This document shows, in pieces, positions 1 to 7,179 of a stretch of DNA of 13,845 nt (positions within the stretch are counted from its first letter, which is position 1; every line of letters starts with the position of its first letter). Origin of the DNA: Candidatus Micrarchaeota archaeon (lineage in GTDB: Archaea; Micrarchaeota; Micrarchaeia; Norongarragalinales; SBBD01); NCBI GenBank assembly GCA_038046605.1, contig JBBSVW010000105.1, positions 1 to 13,845 on the forward strand. Direction: 5' to 3'. The notes beneath the pieces were generated by a model. It was given only the letters and a program-made list of their open reading frames with translations, was not told where the DNA came from and did no database searches. The translations under genes were made by a program, and so were the position numbers.

Positions 1-102
1 CGTAACGTCGGTTTTCCTGGCAAGCATTGGAAGCGTTTCCTGCAGATAGGTCGCAACGCCGTTATTTTGCTCGAAGGTGTCCGAAAACCATGCGATTTTC
101 AT
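1..102 (-). CDS. Glycosyltransferase family 4 (GT-B fold), N-terminal 34 aa only; continues beyond the left edge
   Basis: Manual translation from ATG at 102: MKIAWFSDTFEQNNGVATYLQETLPMLARKTDVT, matching the GT4 N-terminal pattern MKI-x-x-F-(S/T)-D-T-(Y/F)...NGVA. TATA-like TTTTTAAC on minus strand at ~124-131. Not in the ORF track. Confidence 0.85.
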   Translation of the reverse strand, partial: MKIAWFSDTFEQNNGVATYLQETLPMLARKTDVT

Positions 103-135
103 ACTTGAAATTAGGCGGGGGCGGTTAAAAAACTG

Positions 136-552
136 CTACTTGGGTAGCCCATCCAATTTTCTTTCAACAAGCCGAAGGTAATACCTCTCCAACTTGCGTT
201 TTTCATTCAGGAGGCGAATTAATTTTGACTTATCGGCTATGCCCTCCGCATGGTAGGTGGCAAGTTTTTCAATAAGTGCGCCTGCCCTTCGGTTTAGCAA
301 TTGTGGGATTTCCGGATAATGAATCGATTGGGGCACTCTTTTTCGTGTAATTTCCAATTCCGATCCCGGGAGCGAAATTGCATGAAGAAGTTGGGTGGGT
401 ACGTGTTCTGGCCTTTCCCCCTTTTTCAATTTATCCAAATTTTCCTCAGTTATCCTGATATTGCCCCATGCAAATTTTACCTCCTCCCTCAAATCCCTTC
501 TGGCTATGTGTTTTAGATTAACAACCATGATATTCGGATATCTGTTGCCCAC
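136..552 (-). CDS. Hypothetical basic, helical protein (GTG at 552 or ATG at 528)
   Basis: 138-aa ORF filling the gap between rnpB and the GT4 gene, same strand as both; no recognisable motif. Confidence 0.6.
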   Translation of the reverse strand: MGNRYPNIMVVNLKHIARRDLREEVKFAWGNIRITEENLDKLKKGERPEHVPTQLLHAISLPGSELEITRKRVPQSIHYPEIPQLLNRRAGALIEKLATYHAEGIADKSKLIRLLNEKRKLERYYLRLVERKLDGLPK

Positions 553-568
553 TAGAAATAAAAAATAA
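553..568 (-). terminator. Probable oligo-T terminator of rnpB
   Basis: TTATTTTTTATTTCT on the minus strand just after the 3' strand of P1; archaeal terminators are T-rich tracts. Confidence 0.45.
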
Positions 569-574
569 GTGGTT

Positions 575-862
575 GGGCGGCGGGCCGTAGTCCCCCTTCT
601 GTTTTTGGCAGCATTGTTCTAAGCGGCTCTAAATGGCCTTGCATCGTGCCAAAACGCTTTGGCATGCACAGATTGACCGTTTCACTTGAAAAAAGGGAAT
701 GTTCGTATTCCTCATCACTTTTTTCCCAATTCCCAATATCGTTTCTGTTCCAACCCTTTGCCTAAGGCAAGCATATTGCAGCTTGTGCAAGACATGACTT
801 ATCCCGATGGGGGGAACTTCCTCACTACCATTGCTGGCGTGTTAGCTGTCCACCCACCGCCC
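575..862 (-). ncRNA. rnpB: RNase P RNA (archaeal, structurally atypical)
   Basis: All five conserved regions in order on the minus strand: CR I GAGGAAGUUCCCCC (823-810), CR II ACAGAAAC (748-741), CR III GUGAAACGG (685-677), CR IV GCUUAGAACAAUG (624-612), CR V AACAGAAGGGGGACUAC (603-587). P4 pseudoknot GUUCCCCC/GGGGGAC; P1 GGGCGGUGGGU (862-852)/GCCCGCCGCCC (585-575); P5 CAUCG/CGAUG; P7 UGCACA/UGUGCA. Confidence 0.95.
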
Positions 863-884
863 GCAATGAATATGGCGCCCTTGG

Positions 885-899
885 TATATATTTGTTTTG
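885..899 (-). promoter_or_regulatory. BRE/TATA promoter of rnpB
   Basis: CAAAACAAATATATA on the minus strand; TATA ends ~23 nt upstream of the P1 5' end (862). Confidence 0.65.
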
Positions 900-970
900 A
901 AAAGGAGCCAAGTTTGGGAATGCCCTGCCCTCTTGGAATGCTTTGCATTCCCTCCCATTCGCAAATTAAA

Positions 971-3769
971 CTATTGCGGCGCTCCCGGGCACGTCTGCAG
1001 GCACGTTGGGTTCTCCCCCGGGCAATCACTGCAGGCATGCATCACAACTTTCCTGCAACAGCAGCTATATGAATTAGCCGTCCAGCTCCAGCTTTGGTAT
1101 TTGATATAATTGCATGTGGTGAAGCAGGCGGTTGGTTCGCCCTCATTCCCAAGCGTTGTGCATGTGAGCTGTGTTATTGCAGAACCAATTACTTCCGGAT
1201 AGCCTACGCTTGCGCAATAGGATGCGCAATTTACTGCAGAGGAATCGCAAACATCCCCAAGTCCATCGCCATCCATGTCGCTTTGGTCGGGATTGTAGGA
1301 GTTGGGGCAATTGTCCTGCGCATTCAAAATTCCATCACCATCAAAATCATTGGCATCCTGCGTTGGTGATGGGGAAGCGCTTGGTGAAGTTGTTGCTGAA
1401 GGCTGAACATATGTTGTTGGAGTGGGCGTTGGCGATGGGCTTGGATAAACATATGGCGTTGGTGAGGGGGGTTTTGAGGTCGTTGTGGGGAATGGAGTTG
1501 GGGAAGGGGGCCGCGTCGTTGTTGTTGGGAATGATGATGGGGATGCGGATGCATAAATTGAAGGTGTAGGTGAAGGGGGCCTTGTTGTGGTAGTTGGGAA
1601 TTTGGTCGGTCTAGTGGTTGTAGTCGGGTATTCCGTTGGCCGCTCAGTTGTTGTTGGAATCCCAACTGATGGATCCGGATAATCATAACCTACTTGAGGG
1701 GTTGTAAGCCTCCATTTGATATCAAGTGATATTTCATATTTTGGCGAGGGTTCAACTGATGGATATTCCGATGGCTGCGGCGAGGGGCTTGGCAGATGCA
1801 CATATGGCGAAGGTGTCGGTGAAGGAATTGCAATCCTTGGCGAAGGTGAAATTGTCACATTGCAGCAGTTGCATTCCTTGCTTTTGTAGCCCGTTGCCGT
1901 CTGCTTCCCATCAGAGACTACGCCCGCCCTGGTTTTTGCGAATTTATAGGCCTCAATTATATCAACCTGGCCATTCCCATCCTCATCTGCCACTATTCCG
2001 TTTTGCATCGCTAATATGAATGATTGCGTGAAATAGCCCCCATTTGAATTCGCCCACGAGGATTCCGTGGATTTTGCAGCTGATATGGCAATTTTGCACT
2101 CTCCGGTTGATACGACCTCAAGGGCCATCAGCTCCGAATGGCAAGTATCAAAAATTATGGTCTTGTCGCAATTGCGCATCCGATCAAGCCAGCCATTGAG
2201 GGTAGAAACATACATGTCCCCGCCCTCCTTTGAGCCATGGCCCTTGCTGAAGATTTTCAGGAAGGGAGTCTCAAAATATGGGTTTACGGTAAATGAGAGC
2301 TCCTTCACATTCGCATCAAAATCATACTCCTCGCGTAATTTGGCATATCCCGAATCCGTCAGGCTTGCTATCTGATCCGAACTCAATTCCATTTTGTCCC
2401 CATTGATCCTGTTCACAAAAAGCGCATTCGATTCATTTAGGCCGTGGGCAGCCGTATAAAAAACAAACGTGTCGCACTTTTCGAGGACTCCTGCCATAGT
2501 TATGAGCCCATCGACAAAGCTATTGATTGTCGTTATTCCATCCACGCCAGCAGTGACCGAAGTTGAAAGGTAGATAATGTTTCCCGGATCAAAACCCTGG
2601 GTCGTCAAAAGATTGTAGAAATCATCCGTATCCTTCTTGAAGGGCTCTTCATCGTATCCGGTAACAACCATCGCATATTTCTTTCCTAGCCCATCGCAGC
2701 ATGGCGGCTTGTTGCAAAGGGGGGATGCTGGCGCCTCGAAATATAATGAGGGAACCTTGGAATTTTTTGAATCGGAATATTCATCAAAGCGCAAAACGCT
2801 TCCTCCAACTGAGAGCTCCATTTTCTTGTCTTTCATGCTCAAATCCGGATTCTTTGGGTAAGCGATCAATTCCTTGCTTAATCGCTCATCAAAGCTCGCC
2901 CAATACTGCTTTCCATTAACCGTTGGCCACCAATCCTCATCCATCACAAAATACCTTCCGGTTTCCGGCTCCACGAAAACGTACTTCACCGGATGGGAGA
3001 ATCTGGAAAATGGTTCTTCATCAATGAAAAAGAAGAGGTATTTCCTTCCAACCTTGAATCCGCTTTCCTTCGCAGAACTTATGGCATCTCCGGCTGCCAG
3101 CACCTTATCAAATGAATAAACGAATTTTTTTGGATCCCCTCCCGCAACCTGACCATGCACCAATTTTGCCCCTGCCTCATAATCCAATGGCAGTTTTTCG
3201 CTTAGGAGAAGGAGATTTTTCAAGTTGGGGCAATATTTTGCAAATGCCGCCTTGAATGCCTCATCAAAGAATTTGATCTCTTCATCCTTTAGGGGGAATT
3301 TATCGATGCTCCTTGATTTCTTGAGAATGTTGGAAAGGGTTTGCATCATTTTTTTTGATTTTTCATTCCTTCCAATTGCCCCGCCCACCTTTTCGCTGTA
3401 TAATATTCCGGCATATATGCACTCGGCTTCATTCCTCTCGAATTTTCCTAGCGCCCGCTGTGTTTCCGTTATGGAATCATCCGTTTCAAGCACGCTTTCC
3501 ACATAATCCGCCGCACCCGTGAATTCGGGATTTGATGCCCGGAGTTTGGCAAGCTCAATCTTGGCGGTTTTCCGCGGCTCTTTTGAAGCAAAAATCCTAT
3601 CCAGAGCGTTGTCCAAAAGTGCGGTATTGATTGAGATTTCAATGCCTTCATCAGTAGGGGCGATGCTTGCCTTTGCCTGGAATTCCGGCGCTGGCAGCTG
3701 CGTCTTTTGCTGGACGCACCCGAATAAAATTACGCCCAATAGGATCAGTGCAATGATGATTTTATTCAT
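971..3769 (-). CDS. Large lipoprotein: clan CD cysteine peptidase (C13 legumain-like / caspase-like), EF-hand-like loop, Pro/Thr/Ser linker, thrombospondin type-3 repeat, Cys-rich C-terminal domain
   Basis: Likely start ATG 3769 (preceded by GGGGGTG RBS; the track start 3787 is a GTG adjacent to it). Signal peptide with lipobox MNKIIIALILLGVILFG|C. Dyad motifs FVFYTAAHG (His codon 2446-2444) and IIFDTCHS (Cys codon 2143-2141), followed by ISAAKSTESSW...GGYFT. DEDGNGQVDIIEAY loop; TSP3 DFDGDGILNAQDNCPNSYNPDQSDMDGDGLGDVCD. Confidence 0.85.
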   Translation of the reverse strand: MNKIIIALILLGVILFGCVQQKTQLPAPEFQAKASIAPTDEGIEISINTALLDNALDRIFASKEPRKTAKIELAKLRASNPEFTGAADYVESVLETDDSITETQRALGKFERNEAECIYAGILYSEKVGGAIGRNEKSKKMMQTLSNILKKSRSIDKFPLKDEEIKFFDEAFKAAFAKYCPNLKNLLLLSEKLPLDYEAGAKLVHGQVAGGDPKKFVYSFDKVLAAGDAISSAKESGFKVGRKYLFFFIDEEPFSRFSHPVKYVFVEPETGRYFVMDEDWWPTVNGKQYWASFDERLSKELIAYPKNPDLSMKDKKMELSVGGSVLRFDEYSDSKNSKVPSLYFEAPASPLCNKPPCCDGLGKKYAMVVTGYDEEPFKKDTDDFYNLLTTQGFDPGNIIYLSTSVTAGVDGITTINSFVDGLITMAGVLEKCDTFVFYTAAHGLNESNALFVNRINGDKMELSSDQIASLTDSGYAKLREEYDFDANVKELSFTVNPYFETPFLKIFSKGHGSKEGGDMYVSTLNGWLDRMRNCDKTIIFDTCHSELMALEVVSTGECKIAISAAKSTESSWANSNGGYFTQSFILAMQNGIVADEDGNGQVDIIEAYKFAKTRAGVVSDGKQTATGYKSKECNCCNVTISPSPRIAIPSPTPSPYVHLPSPSPQPSEYPSVEPSPKYEISLDIKWRLTTPQVGYDYPDPSVGIPTTTERPTEYPTTTTRPTKFPTTTTRPPSPTPSIYASASPSSFPTTTTRPPSPTPFPTTTSKPPSPTPYVYPSPSPTPTPTTYVQPSATTSPSASPSPTQDANDFDGDGILNAQDNCPNSYNPDQSDMDGDGLGDVCDSSAVNCASYCASVGYPEVIGSAITQLTCTTLGNEGEPTACFTTCNYIKYQSWSWTANSYSCCCRKVVMHACSDCPGENPTCLQTCPGAPQ
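1361..1858 (-). repeat. Intragenic low-complexity region with imperfect tandem PTTTTRPPSPTP / PSPSP units
   Basis: PTTTERPTEYPTTTTRPTKFPTTTTRPPSPTP...FPTTTTRPPSPTPFPTTTSKPPSPTP in the 938-aa ORF. Confidence 0.85.
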
Positions 3770-3824
3770 TTCCGCCACACCCCCCACAATGATTAGGATT
3801 CCCTAAAAAAATCATGTTTATGCA

Positions 3825-3956
3825 TTATAAGCCTTTGCACCGGCACGCCTTTTTGAGTGCCAAATTCCATATGGGCGTTTTGCATGGCCTTGGTGCGGGA
3901 TATTCTTGCACATCCAAATGCCCATCTGCCTCCCCAAAATGGCAAGCCTTATATAG
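3825..3956. promoter_or_regulatory. Back-to-back TATA boxes of the divergent surface-protein genes
   Basis: TTATAA at ~3825-3830 (minus-strand gene) and GCAAGCC-TTATATAG at ~3942-3956 (plus-strand gene). Confidence 0.5.
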
Positions 3957-3995
3957 GAATTTTCATTTCTCTATGTGTTGGGAGTGGGTGACAAT

Positions 3996-6221
3996 ATGCC
4001 AAACGTGAAGCTAACCGTTATTATAGCAATTATTTTAGCCTCATTTTCTACCGCCACCTGGGATGTCTACGGCCAGGCATTGACAAATGATCCGAATGCC
4101 GATTTTGCGCCCGGCGTAGATGGGAATTACTTGACATATGTGAGCGGCCGGTCCGGCAATTTTTCATTAATACTTCAGGACCTTACTACTGGCGATGAAA
4201 CACAACTAACGGACGGCCTAACTGAGCAGCCATACCCGCTAAATCCCTCAATTGATGGCACAAAAATCGTCTACCAGTACTACGTGAATGGCCAATCCGA
4301 AATTTACCTGTACGATATTAGTGCAAGGTTCAATCAGCGGCTAACCACTGATGCCATCGACCAGTTGAACCCCAAGATAAGCAAGGACAAAATAATCTGG
4401 ATCGAGTATGGCAAGGGCGGCTCTTATGTTGTGTATTACGATATGAATTTCGTGCTAAGCAAGCCCCTAACCGATCCGGCATTAAACGTGCGATATGCCT
4501 CTATCGAAAACAATATCGTCGTTTATGCCTACGAGACAAATGGCCAGTACGATTTGCACTTATATGATCTTAGCACGAATACTGAAACTCCCCTTGCTGC
4601 CACTGCGGATAATGAAGTTCTTCCCCAGATTAAGGGCGGCCAAGTGGCATACTTGTCATATCCCCAAGGAGGAAGTTCCGCATCTGTTTATGTTTACGAT
4701 ATAGCTTCCCAAATAGCCAGGAAAATCACCCCTGACGGCGCAAATGCATCAATGCCCGCAATTGGAAATGGGATTGTTGCATATCCCGATGATCGTAACG
4801 GAAATTGGGATATTTATGCATACGATTTGAACACAAGTGAGGAAGTGCGCGTCACTTCAAGCGCCTTGGGCGAGAGCTATCCGCAAATCAGCAGAAAAGC
4901 AATTTATTATCACCAATTTGATCCAAATGTCGGATTAGGAATCGATATCCACAAGGCCACTTTGGTTGGGAATATGTCCGGCTCTGGCATGTTCCTTAAG
5001 GGGGATGCGGATTGGGATGGTGAATTGAAGCAGGCGGATGCGACGGCAATTTCGAGCTATGTGAACACCGGATCCCCGGTGCTTTCTCCGCTCCTTTTTT
5101 CCGATGCAAACGGGGATGCCAAAGTGGATGCATCCGATTCCAGCTACATATCTGCCCATCTAACGGGCGGGCCATCCCCTCCTGGCAATTACTACGGCCT
5201 TTTGGGCGTTGTGATGAGGGGGGATGTAAATTTTGATGGGGTGATCAATGTTTTCGATGTTACCCTGATCAACAAGATCGCCTTCCAGAATTTTCCAGCG
5301 CCGGATCCGTCCATTGTTGCAGATGCAAAGCCGGATGGGAAAGTCGACATTTTCGATGTGGCAATGGTTAATGATGCCGCCTTCAAGAACGGCGCCCTTC
5401 CCCTTCCAATTTTCAGGGGCGATGTAAATAACGATGTCAAAATCACCAAGGCGGATGTTGCTTTCCTGGAAAGTTACCTATCCGGCGGCCCTGCACCAGC
5501 TCCCATTGTTTTGGGAGATGCAAATGGGGATGGTTCCGTAAACCGAAAGGATGTGAATTACATTCTCGAATACCTATCCAATTTCGGCCCATGGCCAGTT
5601 GGCCCATATTACGGAGTTCCGCTCGTGCCAACGCCAACCCCGGGTGTTACCGCAGCCCCAACAGCCCCGCCTGGGGGGAATAACAATGGCGGCGGCTCAA
5701 GCAATCCTGGAGGGGATACGGCGCCAAAACCATCGCCTTCGCCAAATGCAACAGTAAAGCCTTCCCCAACTCAAAACCCCTCACTTGTGGGCATCGACAC
5801 GGAAACAGATGAGATTCTAAGGGAGCTCCATGAAAACGGGAAGGATACAACTGATGTTGAAGAACAGCTCCTTGTTGCGCAGGATTTGGAAATGCAGGGC
5901 AGGATTGAGGAATCCGAGCAGGTAAAGCTTGGAGCCCTTGCAAGGCTTAAGGTGATGCTTGCCAACTTGAAGGCGGGGAAAATTTCCACCAGTTGGCTGA
6001 TTGTTGGCGCTTTGATAATCCTGATTTTGGCCGGCACTGCCTACTATTATTTTGCCATGAAAAAGAAGGATGAAAACGCGGAAAAATCCGTCCTATCGGT
6101 TAGTGTCCTTGGGAATTCATCCGCAGGCCCGAGTATTGAAATGCCATCCGGTTTTGAAAAGCCAGAAGTGCTTGAGCCAATCAAGCTGGATTTGATGGAT
6201 AAGAAAATAATGAAAAAATAG
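3996..6221 (+). CDS. Secreted, membrane-anchored cell-surface protein: TolB-like/Methanosarcina-type beta-propeller repeats, three tandem type I dockerin-like domains, Pro/Gly linker, C-terminal TM helix
   Basis: Likely start ATG 3996 (RBS GGGTGA). Signal peptide; about seven repeats of the P-x-I-x-G-x-x-I-V-Y...G-x-x-D-I-Y-x-Y-D-L type (e.g. PAIGNGIVAYPDDRNGNWDIYAYDL). Six paired Ca-loop motifs at ~5001-5580 (GDADWDG/DANGDAKVD, GDVNFDG/DAKPDGKVD, GDVNNDV/GDANGDG). TM helix WLIVGALIILILAGTAYYYFAM followed by KKK. Confidence 0.88.
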   Translation: MPNVKLTVIIAIILASFSTATWDVYGQALTNDPNADFAPGVDGNYLTYVSGRSGNFSLILQDLTTGDETQLTDGLTEQPYPLNPSIDGTKIVYQYYVNGQSEIYLYDISARFNQRLTTDAIDQLNPKISKDKIIWIEYGKGGSYVVYYDMNFVLSKPLTDPALNVRYASIENNIVVYAYETNGQYDLHLYDLSTNTETPLAATADNEVLPQIKGGQVAYLSYPQGGSSASVYVYDIASQIARKITPDGANASMPAIGNGIVAYPDDRNGNWDIYAYDLNTSEEVRVTSSALGESYPQISRKAIYYHQFDPNVGLGIDIHKATLVGNMSGSGMFLKGDADWDGELKQADATAISSYVNTGSPVLSPLLFSDANGDAKVDASDSSYISAHLTGGPSPPGNYYGLLGVVMRGDVNFDGVINVFDVTLINKIAFQNFPAPDPSIVADAKPDGKVDIFDVAMVNDAAFKNGALPLPIFRGDVNNDVKITKADVAFLESYLSGGPAPAPIVLGDANGDGSVNRKDVNYILEYLSNFGPWPVGPYYGVPLVPTPTPGVTAAPTAPPGGNNNGGGSSNPGGDTAPKPSPSPNATVKPSPTQNPSLVGIDTETDEILRELHENGKDTTDVEEQLLVAQDLEMQGRIEESEQVKLGALARLKVMLANLKAGKISTSWLIVGALIILILAGTAYYYFAMKKKDENAEKSVLSVSVLGNSSAGPSIEMPSGFEKPEVLEPIKLDLMDKKIMKK

Positions 6222-6230
6222 CCCAACTGG

Positions 6231-6896
6231 CTACAATTCAATTGTTACCCCAACCTCATCCTTGTTTTTGAGGGAAAGTAGCCTTCGCAGGTTTTCCTTG
6301 CTTATTATTTCCAATATGTCCGCGCCGTAGTGGGATTTTGCGGGTATTATGGCGGCTCCAAATGCGCCCCCCTTTTTCCCATCTATTTTTGCCCGAAAAA
6401 CCTTTGCCCCCCCAAGTACCCTGCCATTTTTCTTGAAGCCCCGTATTTCAATTCCAGCAAGGCCCATAAGGCGGCGTTTTCCATCCGCGTTTTGCACTCC
6501 TTCGAGTTTCAAATTGAGCGTTCCTGGGAAAACCTCAAATCCAAGTGCTTTTGCAATTTGTTTTTTGTATTCGGGTATTGACAAATAAAACCTTCCCTCA
6601 TGCATCCCGGATATTACCCTGCCAGTTAGGCCTAATTCCTTCTTCGATTTTTCAAAAAGCGCTGTAAGGTCATCCCTTAGCTTGACGAGCATATCCCTGC
6701 CGTTTTGGGTGAGCCCAATTTTTCCGGATTTGCGGGAAATAAGCCCCTGGGATTCCAGATTTGTAAGCCACCTTGAAACGGTTTGCTGTGAAACGGATAG
6801 CTCTGATGCAAGCATGCCCGTTGTTGCCTTTGCCGTGTTCAAAAGCCCGCCTCGCCTGGCAATGGCCATTATGACCGCAAGTTTTTCATCACCCAT
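6231..6896 (-). CDS. ribK: CTP-dependent riboflavin kinase with N-terminal winged-HTH (bifunctional RbkR/RibK)
   Basis: HTH LASELSVSQQTVSRWLTNLE; kinase motifs GRVISGMHEGRFYL, FPGTLNL, IIPAKSHY...LEIISKENLR; RBS GGAGGGGG upstream. Confidence 0.93.
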   Translation of the reverse strand: MGDEKLAVIMAIARRGGLLNTAKATTGMLASELSVSQQTVSRWLTNLESQGLISRKSGKIGLTQNGRDMLVKLRDDLTALFEKSKKELGLTGRVISGMHEGRFYLSIPEYKKQIAKALGFEVFPGTLNLKLEGVQNADGKRRLMGLAGIEIRGFKKNGRVLGGAKVFRAKIDGKKGGAFGAAIIPAKSHYGADILEIISKENLRRLLSLKNKDEVGVTIEL

Positions 6897-7179
6897 TTAG
6901 TTCCCCCTCCAAAAGAAAATTCCTGCAGGTTTAAATAACCCAGCTAAAACGGATGGAAAATATTCGTGTGTGGAGGAGCTAAACTTGCGCATGCGCCCCA
7001 AAAACCGCCAAGCCCGTTTTTTTCCATATGTTCCATATCCCCCATATCCGGCATCACAGTAAACCCGCTTCCAAAAATTCCCCCAATCCAGGCCAAATCG
7101 CGGTTTGGCAGGCCCATCCCATTTCCCCCATTTTACCTTCCAAAAATCCCTTTAAATTCTTTTGCGGTTTAAGGGCTGT

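Noticed and set aside
686-1109. Track ORFs 686-1072(+), 799-1038(-), 897-1109(+) and a 26-aa CxxC mini-ORF (795-715, MSCTSCNML...)
   Set aside because: They overlap the RNase P RNA, its promoter or the end of the peptidase gene, and have no protein-like motifs.
1361-1858. Repeats considered as a CRISPR array
   Set aside because: Imperfect in-frame coding repeats with no constant repeat-spacer period; no cas genes in the window.
1094-3806. Many antisense and alternate-frame ORFs, including the His/Gln-rich 1324-1686(-)
   Set aside because: Shadows of the 938-aa gene; the His/Gln bias is a frame-shifted reading of Pro/Thr codons.
3814-4008. 64-aa ORF in the divergent intergenic region
   Set aside because: Spans both TATA boxes and overlaps the next gene's start; atypical composition.
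6944-7172. ORF 6966-7172(+), a ~57-aa minus-strand ORF (MGLPNRDLAW...), and a possible FMN riboswitch upstream of ribK
   Set aside because: Neither ORF has a recognisable motif or convincing support, and the conserved RFN-element sequences are absent. A small ORF cannot be fully excluded.
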